64,000 nucleotides of DNA from Polyangiaceae bacterium (GCA_965222375.1 CBDCTZ010000015.1:160001-224000); one strand, 5' to 3'. Shown: positions 41,648 through 55,566, counted from the first letter of the stretch. Numbers and translations: made by a program. Notes: a model not told the origin generated them from the letters alone.

Positions 41648-42343
41648 ATGCGGACACTGGCTATCGACATCGGAGGCACCGGCATCAAGATGCTGCCCAT
41701 CGATGCCGAGGGGAAAGCGCTGACGGAGCGGCAGCGTGAGTTGACGCCTCAGCCCGCGACGCCGAAGTCGGTCATGGGGGTCATCGCCAAGATGGTTTCC
41801 GCACAGCAGCCTTTTGACCGAGTTTCGGTGGGCTTCCCCGGCGTGGTTCAGCACGGCATCGTCAAGACCGCGCCCAACCTCGGCAGCGCAGCGTGGGAGA
41901 ACTTCAACCTGGCGCACGCCATCGCCGAGACCACGGATCGGCCGGTGCGGGTCTTCAATGACGCCGAGCTTCAGGGCTATGGAGTCATTCGAGGCATCGG
42001 CGTCGAGATCGTGCTGACGCTGGGCACAGGGCTGGGGACGGCGCTCTACGTCAACGGGCACTTGGTGCCCAACCTGGAGCTGGGTCACCATCCGCTGCGC
42101 AAGGGCAAGACCTACGAAGAGCTGGTGGGGAACGCGGAAATGAAGCGCGTCGGCAAGAAGGAATGGCGCAAGCGGGTCAACTTCATCATCGCGACCCTGG
42201 AGCGGATCTTCAACTACGACACGCTGCACATCGGCGGAGGCAACGCGAAGAAACTCAAGGGCCCCTTCGCGGACAACGTGCACTTGTTCCTGAACGTTCA
42301 AGGTTTGGCAGGCGGGATCCGCCCCTGGCAAGACGATTTGTGA
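41648..42343 (+). CDS. ROK-family (polyphosphate) glucokinase-like protein
   Basis: IDIGGTGIK, VGFPG, NDA, TLGTGLG, NLELGH, GGGNA. Confidence 0.9.
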   Translation: MRTLAIDIGGTGIKMLPIDAEGKALTERQRELTPQPATPKSVMGVIAKMVSAQQPFDRVSVGFPGVVQHGIVKTAPNLGSAAWENFNLAHAIAETTDRPVRVFNDAELQGYGVIRGIGVEIVLTLGTGLGTALYVNGHLVPNLELGHHPLRKGKTYEELVGNAEMKRVGKKEWRKRVNFIIATLERIFNYDTLHIGGGNAKKLKGPFADNVHLFLNVQGLAGGIRPWQDDL

Positions 42344-44258
42344 CACGAGCTGATGGCGTGGACGACGCTCGAGAGTGGCTCGAGCCTGACCAACTCGGTG
42401 GCTTTGCCATGGGCACCGCGTCGGGCATTCGCACTCGGCGCTACCACTCACTGCTGACAGTAGCGACCACGCCCCCCACTTCGAGGGTGGTGCTGGTTGC
42501 GGGGGTGGAAGCTTGGCTCTTGGAAGAGGACGGCAAGCCCCAGGTCGCGCTTTCGAGTCAGCGCTACGCACCGAACGTCGTGCACCCAGCGGGTCACGAG
42601 CGCATCATCTCCTTCGAGGTGGAACCATGGCCAACGTGGGCGTATCGCGTAGACGACGCGCACAGCGTGCGGCACGAGGTTGTCTGCCACCGACCCTCGG
42701 GGGAGGTCAGCCTTTCTTGGCGGCTGCTTGGGGACTCGGCACGTACCCTCGTCCTTCGTCCGCTGTTGGCGGTGCGCGACTATCACGCCCTGACTCACGA
42801 GAACGCCGACTTCAGGTTCGACGCGAAGGTCGTGGGCGGCAACGTCAGCTGGCATCCGTACGTGAATCGCCCCGCGGTAACCGCTCTCACCACGGGGCGC
42901 TACCGGCACGATCCGCAGTGGTATCGGCAATTTCGTTACGTGCAAGAGCAAGCGCGCGGTCTTGATCACTTGGAAGATCTCGCGTCGCCGGGCTACTTCG
43001 AGTTTCGCCTCGAGGCCGGCGAGAGCGCAGACATGGTCTTGCGCCCGGGGCATGCGCCCTACGGGGACGCCAGTGCGATCGTCGCGGATCAGCGACAGAG
43101 CGAACGCGCGCGCCGGAGTTCTGCGCTCGAGCGAGCGGTAGACGCCTACTTGGTACGGCGCGGCGGCGGGCTCACGGTGGTCGCCGGCTATCCCTGGTTC
43201 ACGGACTGGGGACGCGACACCTTTATCTCCCTGCGAGGGCTCTGCCTTGCCACGGGGCGCGGGGACGCGCGGGCCGATCAAGGCCGTCAGGTGTTGTGCG
43301 CGTGGGCCACGGAGGTCACCGACGGCATGGTGCCCAACCGCTTCACGGATGCCGACACTGCGCCGGAGCTGAACGCCGTCGACGCGTCGCTGTGGTTCGT
43401 CATCGCGGCGGGCGAGGCCCTTGACCGAGGGCACCTGAGCATCAGCGAACACGAATTGTTGCGTAGCGCCGTGCTCGCTGTAGTTGCCGCGTATCGCCGG
43501 GGAGCGCGCTACGGCATCCAATGCGGGGACGACGGCCTGATTGCCGCTGGACAGCCGGGGATTCAGCTCACGTGGATGGACGCCAAGGTGGACGGTCGGG
43601 TGATCACACCGCGGATCGGCAAGCCCGTCGAGATCCAGGCGCTATGGGTCAACGCTCTCATCGTTGCCGAGCGGTTCAAGCCACTTCTGTCCAAGCTGCG
43701 GGAGCTGGCTACGGCGAGCTTCGCCGCACGATTCATCCGCGACAGCGGCGCCCTCTACGACGTTGTCGACGCCGATCACGTTGCGGGCAGGGACGATGCA
43801 AGCTTTCGCCCCAACCAGATCTTCGCGGTGGGCGGCCTGCCCCATTCGCTCTTGGAGGGCGAAAGCGCGCGCCGGGTGGTGGACCAGGTGGAGGAGCGCT
43901 TGTGGACCCCTTGCGGATTGCGCTCCCTCGACCCGGCAGATGTGCGCTATCGCGCTCACTACGAGGGTGACGTGGTGGAGCGCGATGAATCGTATCACCA
44001 AGGCACGGTGTGGCCGTGGCTCGCGGGCGCCTTCGTCGAGGCATGGCTTCGGGTGCGTGGCTCCGACGCTGCGGCACGAGCTGAAGCACGGCGTCGCTTC
44101 TACGAGCCCATGGTGAAACAACTCTGCGCCGCCGGGCTCGGCCATGTTTCGGAGATCGCCGACGGCGATGCGCCCCACACCCTTCGGGGTGCGCCATTTC
44201 AAGCTTGGTCCCTCGCTGAGTTACTGCGGATCCGATCCCTATTGGGAGGCACCGACTG

Positions 44259-44259
<1 letters not shown>
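42340..44259 (+). CDS. glycogen debranching enzyme-like amylo-alpha-1,6-glucosidase
   Basis: [49 protein letters not shown]. Confidence 0.93.
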
Positions 44260-46913
<2,654 letters not shown>

Positions 46914-46944
46914 GGAGCGTTTCGAGCGGCGTAGATGGCCCACA

Positions 46945-48057
46945 CTAGAAACAACACACCGTTGTCGGATCCGTGGGCGTCGCTTTGCCGATGAGCTGCG
47001 TATTCGTCGACACACTGCAGGAGCCGGAGATTTTGGTGGGCGTGGTCACCTTGAACGAATTGATGTTCAGGTTATGCGTGCAGACCGGCTTCGTATTCGT
47101 CACGGTCACGGACGACCCCTGGTTCGTCGTGCAGTTCGTTGATTGATATCGCTCCAAGTTCGTCCGGCAGGAAAAGCCCGATGGATTGCAGGAGCATGAA
47201 CTGCAGTTGCGCGTGTCGGTGTAGTTTTCGTAGTAGACGCTCCGGTTCTTGTAGCCGGTTGGACAGAGGTGGTCCCCTTTGCGGTAGACACACAGCCCGG
47301 CAAAACCGGTCGGCGCGTCGGGCACGCAGATCTGGCCGGCGGTGCAGCCGCCGGCGTCTTTGCCGCCACCGCAGAGCTTTACGTCGCTCGCCCAGCTGGG
47401 CGTGGGGATGGTCTTGTTCACCGTCTCGTTGGAACAGGACGCGGTCACACTGATGCGAACTTGTTTGTCCAGCGCGTTGTTGGTGAGCTGGCATTCGGTG
47501 ACTGGCGTGATGTTTTCCAGATACGTCGCGAACCCGCCGCAGGAATTCGAGGTGTAGTCGTAGTACGTGACGGCCCCGCACGTGACCGTCGTAGCGCCGC
47601 AATTGCAGACGCAACTGGCATTGCCGGGGATGAACGTGGCTTTCAGGTCAGCGAGGGAAGTGCCATATGCGGCCGGGCATTTCGCGCTCGCGTTGTTGCC
47701 CACGGTTACCGGCCCACTCCACCCGGCGGGCGCGATGGGTACGCATTTGTTTCCGCTGATGCATCCGCCCGCGCCCGCGCTTCCCGCCGAGCCCGCGCTG
47801 CCAGCAGAACCCGCACTCCCCGCACTCCCAGCTGCACCAGCGCTGGAGCCCGCAGACCCCGCGTTGCCACCTGTCGCGCTGCTGCCACCGGACCCTGCCG
47901 ACCCGCTCGAACCGCCGGTCGCGCTGCTCCCTCCGCTGGAGCCTGCATCATCGCCGCCGGTACCGGGGGTGAACGACCGCTCGTCGCCGCCGCTGCAAGC
48001 GACGGCGAATTGCAGACTCAAAGCCAGACTCAGAAGCGAAGCGCGCGAACAACCCAT
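46945..48057 (-). CDS. Cys-rich lipoprotein
   Basis: Lipobox AVAC, Gly linker, PAGWSGP...C, C-terminal PTTVCC. Confidence 0.8.
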   Translation of the reverse strand: MGCSRASLLSLALSLQFAVACSGGDERSFTPGTGGDDAGSSGGSSATGGSSGSAGSGGSSATGGNAGSAGSSAGAAGSAGSAGSAGSAGSAGSAGAGGCISGNKCVPIAPAGWSGPVTVGNNASAKCPAAYGTSLADLKATFIPGNASCVCNCGATTVTCGAVTYYDYTSNSCGGFATYLENITPVTECQLTNNALDKQVRISVTASCSNETVNKTIPTPSWASDVKLCGGGKDAGGCTAGQICVPDAPTGFAGLCVYRKGDHLCPTGYKNRSVYYENYTDTRNCSSCSCNPSGFSCRTNLERYQSTNCTTNQGSSVTVTNTKPVCTHNLNINSFKVTTPTKISGSCSVSTNTQLIGKATPTDPTTVCCF

Positions 48058-48087
48058 ACCTCTTGGGTACGCCTCAGGCTGCGTTCA

Positions 48088-48122
48088 GTCAAGGTAGACG
48101 AAGGCCGCACCTGCCCTTACAT
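48088..48122 (-). promoter_or_regulatory. conserved upstream element, ECF-like promoter candidate (duplicated at 48367-48401)
   Basis: minus strand TGTAAG-N15-CGTCTA; 31/35 identical to 48367-48401. Confidence 0.5.
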
Positions 48123-48168
48123 GAGGTATCTAGCGCTTCAGAGAAGCCTGGAACGACGCGCACCCGCG

Positions 48169-48401
48169 TCAGCGGCAGCACACCGTCGTCGGAACCGTCG
48201 GCGTTGCCTTGCCCGTGAGCTGGGTGTTCGTGGTCACGCCGCATGTGCCAGGGACCTTGGTGATCGAACTCATCTTGAACCTGTTGATCAACAAGTTGTG
48301 GGTGCAGCGTGGCTTCCCGTCGCGCTGCTCCCGCCGGCTCTTTGAGGTACGCCCCGGCTCCAAACGGTCAAGGTGAACCAAGGCCACACCTGCCCTTACA
48401 T
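48169..48401 (-). pseudogene. collapsed paralog of 46945-48057 (promoter/leader plus last 48 codons)
   Basis: 33/48 aa identical to the neighbour's C-terminus; upstream element duplicated. Confidence 0.85.
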
Positions 48402-48460
48402 CCGGACGTTTTTCGCGGAGCACTGCGACTTGAGGCAGGGAGCTGGCTCATAGCAGCGTC

Positions 48461-49924
48461 ATGCTTTCGAGAGCCCGAACTCCCCTGCCCTTGCCCTTGT
48501 TTTTCGCGGCGCTGTTCGCTTGCGCCGGAACCGCCGGCTGCTCCGGGGGGTCCGGAGATGGTGGTGGCGTGGGGTCGAGCGGCGCAGCGGGCTTTGGTGC
48601 CTTTGGCGGATTCGGCGCAGCAAGTTCGGGCGGATCGAGCAGCGGCGGATTCGGCGCCGGTGGGCTGACGACCGGTGGTGCCGCCGGCTCCACCGGGGGA
48701 AGTGCGGGCTCCGGCAACGCTTCCGGGTCGGGAGGCGTTGGCGCAGCAGGCTCAGGCGGCACCGCAGCTTCGGGGGCCACGGGTGGCGCGAGCGGCTCAG
48801 GCGCCACTGCGGGAACCGGTGGCACGAGCGGCTCAGGCGGCACGTCAGGTGCGAGTGGCTCCGGCAGCACCTCAGGTACGGCGGGCACCGGCGCGACCGC
48901 AGGCACGGGTGGCACCGCCGGCTCCGGTGGCAGCGGCGGCACCAACCCGGCCATCACCGAGCTCAGCGATCCGAATCGCCCGTCGCTGAGCTACGAGTGC
49001 ACCGGCACGCCGCTGACCGCGGCCGAGATCGTCAAGCTCTTCAGCCCCGGTCTCGGTTGGCTCCCTCTCGGTCTCGATAGCGTCATGACCACCGTCCAGG
49101 TCTCCCGCAGCTGCGCCCCGCTCACTGGCTGCAGCGCGTGGACGTCGAAGAGCACCTCGAGCAAAGTGCTCGCGCACGCCTACTACTTCTCCGCCAAGAC
49201 CACCGCGTCGTTGATGGCAACCAAATACGATTCGTACTGGGGCAAGTTCAACGGAGGCGACGTGGTTCCCGTCAGCAGCGGGGACATCTTTCTGGTCAAC
49301 GACCAGTACGAACGCCCCATGCGAGCGCGACTCACTCGCTTGACTAATGGCGACATCTGCGTCTCCGCCGCGACCACCGTGAACACCTTCGGCTCCAAGG
49401 AAGACTTCATCGTCGGCAAGGGCATCGTGGCACCCCCGCCAGCTGGGTCCGCTCTCGGCGCCAAGCCGAGCTTGCCCCAAAGCGGCAAGTGCACGCCCGG
49501 AGAACCGAGCACGCAGAAGCTCGCCTCGAGCTGGTTTCCACCAGGCACATCCAACTTGAACCTGGTCGGCGAGCCTTCATTCTGCGATTCGAGCTACCGC
49601 TACTGCCACCCCGTCACCGGCTGTTCGGTCTGGACCAACGCGACGTGTTCCAGCTCACCCAAAGTGACCGGCCTGCGGGTCGCCAGCAGCGGAACCGAGC
49701 TCGAGGCGCACCTGGTGCAATCCAGCACCCACCGCTACCCCACCATCAGCGGCGGCGCCTACACGCAAGCGTTCAACAGCTGGAACGTCAGCGGCTCCAT
49801 CAACCTGAACTGCATCTCCTGGGCCGGCGCCAGGAGCACAAACCAGTCTCATCCCGGCTCTGGTTTCACCTACGAGCGAGGCACGACGCACTTCGAAAAC
49901 GCGGGTCGCATCGATCGGCCGTAG
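48461..49924 (+). CDS. hypothetical lipoprotein with internal duplicated domain
   Basis: TAGC lipobox, long Gly linker, repeated RSCAPLTGCSAW / RYCHPVTGCSVW. Confidence 0.75.
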   Translation: MLSRARTPLPLPLFFAALFACAGTAGCSGGSGDGGGVGSSGAAGFGAFGGFGAASSGGSSSGGFGAGGLTTGGAAGSTGGSAGSGNASGSGGVGAAGSGGTAASGATGGASGSGATAGTGGTSGSGGTSGASGSGSTSGTAGTGATAGTGGTAGSGGSGGTNPAITELSDPNRPSLSYECTGTPLTAAEIVKLFSPGLGWLPLGLDSVMTTVQVSRSCAPLTGCSAWTSKSTSSKVLAHAYYFSAKTTASLMATKYDSYWGKFNGGDVVPVSSGDIFLVNDQYERPMRARLTRLTNGDICVSAATTVNTFGSKEDFIVGKGIVAPPPAGSALGAKPSLPQSGKCTPGEPSTQKLASSWFPPGTSNLNLVGEPSFCDSSYRYCHPVTGCSVWTNATCSSSPKVTGLRVASSGTELEAHLVQSSTHRYPTISGGAYTQAFNSWNVSGSINLNCISWAGARSTNQSHPGSGFTYERGTTHFENAGRIDRP

Positions 49925-50104
49925 GGCGGCGGCTTCGAGTCCCGTCCGCCCCGCAACGATTTCAACTTCCAGGCCTCGTGACACTTGTTCCCCGAGTTGT
50001 AATTCGATGTAATTCGCGCGTGTGAGTTGGCGCCACTAAGCCGAGTCTACGGAGCGCTTTGGCTCGACCCTGGACAGTCAGGTCCAGCCCAAAGGGAGAC
50101 CGGT

Positions 50105-50836
50105 ATGACACAAAGAGGTGGCGCAATCTTGCGGTGGCGTAGCCTGCTGTCGCTTCCGCTTGCCGGCATGATGCTGGCCACCTTGATAGCGTGCAACTCG
50201 AGTGGTGGCGGAGGTGGTTTCGGCGCGGCGGCAGGTGCCGGCGGGGGAGGCGGTTTTGGAAGCACCGGTTCTGGTGGCGGAGCGGCCACAGGTACGAGCC
50301 TGGAACCGCTCTGTGACAGCATCTGCGCTAACGAGGAATCTGCAACCTGTGCAAACACCACAAGCCGCGCGGATTGCGTTTCGTCCTGCACGAACGACTA
50401 CGACGGGCGGGGACCTGCGAAGTTCTCTGCTTGTCCTCAGCAAATGGCGGCCGTGGCGTCGTGTTGGACGAAGCAAACCCCGGTGTGCTCGCCGCAGGGG
50501 TACCCCGAGTACGGGAACTATGGCGTCTGTGCCGCACAGGACTATGCCCTCGCGGCCTGCCTTTCCTGTGCGCCGGTCGGCGGCCACGGGCCATGCAACG
50601 ACTGCCTGGCGAAGTTCTGTTGTCAGCAAACCTCGAAGTATTACTCCGACCCAGATGCGCCAGCGTTCGAGGATTGCGACGTTGCATGTGACGACGACGC
50701 GTGCCGGGCGCTCTGTGACAAGACCTATCCGACCGCGAGTGCAAGCTGGAACGCCGTGATGGACTGCTCTGCAAAGGAGTGTTCGTCTGGCGACACCTGC
50801 CGGCCCTTCGCGGAGTGCTGGCCGAATTGCCCCTAG
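50105..50836 (+). CDS. Cys-rich lipoprotein
   Basis: Lipobox LIAC, CNDCLAKFCC, CxxxC repeats. Confidence 0.75.
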   Translation: MTQRGGAILRWRSLLSLPLAGMMLATLIACNSSGGGGGFGAAAGAGGGGGFGSTGSGGGAATGTSLEPLCDSICANEESATCANTTSRADCVSSCTNDYDGRGPAKFSACPQQMAAVASCWTKQTPVCSPQGYPEYGNYGVCAAQDYALAACLSCAPVGGHGPCNDCLAKFCCQQTSKYYSDPDAPAFEDCDVACDDDACRALCDKTYPTASASWNAVMDCSAKECSSGDTCRPFAECWPNCP

Positions 50837-51116
50837 CTCACCGCGCCAAGACTGCCGCCTTCGCCACCCGGCGGCGAAGAGCATAGCAGCGGCGAGCAGC
50901 GCGCTTGGTAGTGCCTTGCTCGCTGCGCTAGTGCTCTTCGGCGCCGGGTAGCGTCGTCGCCGCGCGCATGACTCCCCCCACGGCTGCGCGACGCCGCTCT
51001 CAGACGGGTAGGCCCCAACTTGCAACGCCTCGCGCTGCAGAAGCCTACTAGTAGTCGAAGATAGGCGTCAGATGGGCATCTCTCGACCCTGGACGCGAGT
51101 TTGGTAGACTTCTCAA

Positions 51117-51701
51117 GTGAGTGAGCCTGCAAAGAAACGAGCCCGTTACGCGGACTTGCTTGCGGCACCGGCGCATCGGGTCGCGGAGATCATCAATGGC
51201 GAACTCAAGACGTCGCCGCGACCTGCCATGCAACACGCTGCCGCGGCGTCTGTTCTGGGTGAAGAGCTCGGACCGCCTTTCAAACGCGGCCGCAATGGTC
51301 CCGGTGGGTGGATCAGCGTGGACGAACCGGAGCTCCACTTGGGCGACGACATTCTGGTGCCAGATTTGGCTGGCTGGCGCCGCACTCGCCTACCCAAACT
51401 GCCAAACGCGCCGTTCGTGACGCTCGCGCCCGACTGGGTATGTGAAGTTCTGTCACCCTCCACGGAGCGTATTGATCGAGCCAAAAAGATCCCCATCTAC
51501 GCGCGTGAAGCCGTCAGCCACATTTGGTTGCTCAACCCGGCCGCGCGCCTGCTCGAAGTTCTGCGCCGGGAAGGTAGTCACTGGCTCAATGTTGGTACAC
51601 ATGAAGACGCCGCGCGGGTTCGTGCCGAACCCTTCGAGGCGTTTGAACTCGACCTTTCCTTGCTCTGGGCGGACGTGGAGACGGCACCGAACTCTGCCTA
51701 G
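51117..51701 (+). CDS. Uma2-family endonuclease
   Basis: AEIINGEL..SPRP, EPELHL, VPDLAGWRR, PDWVCEVLSPST, KKIPIYA. Confidence 0.93.
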   Translation: MSEPAKKRARYADLLAAPAHRVAEIINGELKTSPRPAMQHAAAASVLGEELGPPFKRGRNGPGGWISVDEPELHLGDDILVPDLAGWRRTRLPKLPNAPFVTLAPDWVCEVLSPSTERIDRAKKIPIYAREAVSHIWLLNPAARLLEVLRREGSHWLNVGTHEDAARVRAEPFEAFELDLSLLWADVETAPNSA

Positions 51702-51734
51702 GACGACGCCCGAAACCACTTGTCAACGGTTTGG

Positions 51735-51794
51735 CTACTCTTTGAGCAACTACTGCACCAGCGCGACGGATTCTTCGACGTTGAAGAAGTTGCG
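51735..51794 (-). pseudogene. C-terminal relic of a paralog of the selenoprotein
   Basis: RNFFNVEESVALVQ*LLKE* versus RNSFNVEETDALVQQLLKE* (15/19 identical). Confidence 0.8.
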
Positions 51795-51945
51795 AGCAGA
51801 TGACCAGCTGCTCCCTTCGACAGAGGCTCGCTGGTCGCACTGCGCCAACGGGGGCAAGCGGGCTCGGCAGCAGCGGAGCTGGACGCCTGGGACGGTTGTC
51901 TTCGGAGCTGGCGTCATGGTCAGCGGAATGCAACGGTGATACTCG

Positions 51946-52905
51946 ATGCTACGCGTACTGCTCCAAGTGTGTGTGTTGTGGGCGGCTGCTGCGAGCTGTC
52001 CGAGCTGTTCGCCGAAAGCGACAAAGCCGACCAATGGTGTCCACACAACGGGGACGGCAATCGCACCACCGCCGGCTTCGGTGCAGCGTCCAACTCCACT
52101 TGCCAGCCCCGCGGCGCTCCCGGCTGGGCCACCTCTGCGATGGGGCGAGCCGGCCTGCATCGTCTTCAATCCGGTGACCGAAACGTACGCTTGCCTGGAC
52201 TTCGGTGCCAACGCGGACAACGCCGACCCGATGAGCCCCGGCGTCTTCGACTGGGCGACCTGGACCATAAACAACCCAGGCGGTGGTGCATGGAGCGTGG
52301 AGAAGGGAATCGCGTTCGCGAGCTTCACCGAAGGTGGGCAACGAGCGCCCATCATCGTCTTGCACAAGCCCTATGACACGACGAAAGCCGTGCGTACCGG
52401 AACCAATGACGCCACCGTATTGGCCGAGCTCGAGCGCCTCGGGTTCAAGCCCGTCGTTCTCGCCTCTGGGCAGTTACCCAGGGAAGGACGATGGGTGGAG
52501 TTTGCCGACGTGTGGCTTCGTTTCGAGAGCTGGTCCCGTGAAGGTGATGCGAGCTTCAGTTATCACGCGACGCTCGACATGCGCTGCACGGCAACCCGCG
52601 AGCCAGTTCCCCTGTTCAAGGACGGCGACGACATGCGCGGCTATGCGGCCTGGGCATTTGCCGCCCCGCGAGCGCGCGGCCTTGTGGTAACAACGGTCGG
52701 AGTTGGAGGCGGTGAGGGCTCTGGTGGGTTCGGCACCAGGCATACTTTGGTGGATGTGCGGGGCCTCTGCGGGCATCGCCTGCCGGACACCATTTCGGGA
52801 CGTACCGCGCGCTCGAGCGCGCTCGAGCGAAATGGCGCTCAGCGTGCTCGTCCACGCAGCGCCCGGGAAAGCTCGTCACCTCCCGACTGGGCGCGGCGGC
52901 CTTGA
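51946..52905 (+). CDS. hypothetical secreted protein
   Basis: Signal-like N-terminus, Pro linker; C-terminus may be non-native. Confidence 0.55.
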   Translation: MLRVLLQVCVLWAAAASCPSCSPKATKPTNGVHTTGTAIAPPPASVQRPTPLASPAALPAGPPLRWGEPACIVFNPVTETYACLDFGANADNADPMSPGVFDWATWTINNPGGGAWSVEKGIAFASFTEGGQRAPIIVLHKPYDTTKAVRTGTNDATVLAELERLGFKPVVLASGQLPREGRWVEFADVWLRFESWSREGDASFSYHATLDMRCTATREPVPLFKDGDDMRGYAAWAFAAPRARGLVVTTVGVGGGEGSGGFGTRHTLVDVRGLCGHRLPDTISGRTARSSALERNGAQRARPRSARESSSPPDWARRP

Positions 52906-53029
52906 TCACGCTGCCATCGTCGAGATGGAGCGCGCGCGAGCGAACTGATACAATAATCGTGCGAGCAGCCCCAATCGGTTCGACCGCAGCTCCGCTTTCA
53001 CAGCGCGACCCAGGCGCCACCCCGTTCTA

Positions 53030-53583
53030 GCGGACGCAATCGAGTTTCCGGTGATTCCGTAATAGTCCAAGTGACCTTTCAACTTCTTCCTCAGCATCTC
53101 GCACTGCTCTTGAATTGGGTAGTGTCGGCAGCGTTGGTACCACTTGTTGATGCGCGCTAGCGCACGGCTCAAACGGTCCTTGGCGGTCTTCTGCTTCACC
53201 ACCCAGTTGCCCTTCCGGGATTTCGCCCAGAAGTGCGTGAAGCCGAGCAGGTCAAAACTGCCTGGACGTCCGCCACCTTCATCAGGTGGGCGTCGGTCCG
53301 GTCGGCGGAATTCAACCAACCTCGACTTGTCCGGGTGCATCGTCAGGCCGTACTTTTCGAATCGCTTCGGCAGTACTGCCATGACGCGGCGCGCATCTTC
53401 CTCGCGCGAAAACATCATAGCGACGTCAGCCATTGCGATGGCTCGCCGCAAGACCTTGTCCTCAAACGTCGGAATGCCGATGGCTCGCATCTGCTTTCCG
53501 GCCGCCTTCGGAATTTGGACTCGCCGCACAGGTGGTGCTCGGTACGTCCCGGACCTCGCTCGGTCGAGCAACGACTGGAACTG
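53030..53583 (-). mobile_element. ltrA: group II intron reverse transcriptase/maturase remnant, internally deleted
   Basis: YRAPPVRRVQIPK, RAIGIPTFEDK, GLTMHPDKSR, FDLLGFTH, LKGHLDYYGI; RT3-RT4 and an intact YADD are absent. Confidence 0.9.
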
Positions 53584-55549
53584 CGAGCTGTCCTTGGGGG
53601 AACCCACCGGCGCCGACGCCGGTGATGGCAGCAGCTGTGTCAGCGGTGTCACTTTGAAGTCCGGCAAGTGCTTGCCGAAGCCACCGACCTGCCCGACGGG
53701 CCAGCCACCCGGAGATCCACCCACCTGCCTGACCGAATGCATCTTCAAGCCACCCAGCACCAAGTTCTCGCCCACGATAAAGTACTCGTGGGGCGGCCAG
53801 CTCGTGGCGCCTTTTGCCACGGACGTGATGATGACGCCCATAGTGGTGCAGCTCGACGACGATGATTGCGATGGCAAGATCACCGATCGCGACATTCCGG
53901 AGATCATCTTCTCGACCTTCTCCAACGGCAAGTACGAGACGGGTGGCGCCCTGCACGCCATCAGCGTCGTCAATGGCGTAGTCGTCGACAAGTGGACTTA
54001 TCCGAACGTCCTGAACCCGACCAAGCACTTGGCCGGCGGCAACTTCGATGGAAAGCCCGGCAACGAGATCGTCGGCTGCGGCCAAGACGGCAAGGTGCAC
54101 GCCGTTACGGGCGACGGCAAGAAGCTCTGGGAGAGCACGGTGATGCCGTGCTTCATGCCTTCCCTTGCCGACCTCGATCAAGACGGCGACGTCGAAGTGG
54201 TCGTCGAAGGCGGGATCCTCGACGGCGCCACCGGCAAGATGGAGCACCCCTACTCCACTCCGCTGGCTAGCTCCCTCGTGGTCAGTGACATCAACGGCGA
54301 CGGCAAGCTCGATGTGGTTACGGGCTCCCAAGCGTTTGACGCTTCCGGACAGCTCTTCGTCGACACAGGCCTCGCGAACACCTCGCAGTTCCCCGACGAC
54401 TCGGATTGGAAGAGCCCTTGGCCGGCGGTGGCTGACTTCGACGCCGACGGCAAACCCGAAATCGTCGTGATGCACAACCTCGACCGACAGCTCAGCGTGT
54501 GGCGCTATGACGCGAGCAAGCCATCGAAGTTCACGGTAGTTCGGACGCCCATCGACATCAACGGCAACATCCCGAGCTCCGCATGCCCCGGTGGCACTTG
54601 GGGCAATACCCACGGCGGCGGTCCGCCCACCATTGCCGACTTCAACGGCGACAAGGTGCCCGACGTCGCCTTGGCTGGCGGCGTCGGCTACGTAGTCTTC
54701 GATGGCAAGAAGCTAGTCGATTCCACGGTCGCTGGCGTGGACACCATCTTGTGGCTCAAACCGACCACGGACTGCTCCAGCGCATCCACGGGCAGTACCG
54801 TCTTCGACTTCAACGGCGACGGGATCGCCGAGGTCGTCTACTCAGACGAGCTGAAGCTGCGCAACTACGACGGCCCCAGTGGGAACATCTTGTTCGAAAC
54901 CTGCAACACCACCGCCACGTTGATCGAAAACCCCGTGGTCGCCGACGTCGACAACGACGGTCATGCAGATGTGGTGGCCGTCTCAAACGCCTACGGCAAG
55001 ACCTGCCCCGACGATAGCTCCAAGCAAGCCGGCATCCGCATCTTCGGTGACACCGCTGGCAATTGGGTGCGCACCCGACGAGTGTGGAACGAACATGCCT
55101 ACCACGTGACCAACGTCGACGAAGACGGCTCCATCCCGACCATCGAGGCAGCGAACTTCAGCTCAAAGGGTCTGAACAACTTCCGCCAGAACAAACAACC
55201 GGGCAGCGAGTTCGCCGCCCCCGACGCCGTCATCTCGATCGCCCCCCAGTGCAGCGGCCCTTACGGACTGGTCGCCACGGTCACCAACATCGGCGAAGCC
55301 GCTTTGCCCGCTGGCGTCGAAGTCGGCTTCTACAATTCGCCCAATACCAAACTCGGCTCCGGCGCAACTACCAAGCCCCTTTACTCTCTCGAGTCCGAGA
55401 AGGTGTTCCTGCCCTTGGCTAGCCAACTCGCCGCCACGGTGTTCGCCCGGGTCGACGACACCACCACGCCGCATCCGGACTGGACCGAGTGCCGCACCGA
55501 CAACAACGAATCCCAGGCGGTCAACCCGAGCTGCAACATCCCGCGCTGA
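53582..55549 (+). pseudogene. FG-GAP/VCBS-repeat protein, 5' end lost
   Basis: Repeated AD(L/F)DxDGxxE motifs, TRRVWNEHAYHVTNV; N-terminus replaced by antisense RT sequence. Confidence 0.8.
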
Positions 55550-55566
55550 AAAAAAGGGTTCGTCGA

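Noticed and set aside
46945..48316. Possible diversity-generating retroelement (C-terminal repeat pair plus a nearby RT)
   Set aside because: Mismatches are largely synonymous and involve all bases rather than being adenine-specific; the RT is a broken group II intron type.
50850..50980. Possible MYXO-CTERM relic on the minus strand (ALPSALLAAAMLFAAGWRRR)
   Set aside because: Lacks the GCGC motif and a nearby stop; too weak to call.
53144..55549. 801-aa ORF as an intact gene (also the 361-aa ORF 52906-53991)
   Set aside because: Both are chimeric readings across the junction between the RT remnant and the FG-GAP gene.
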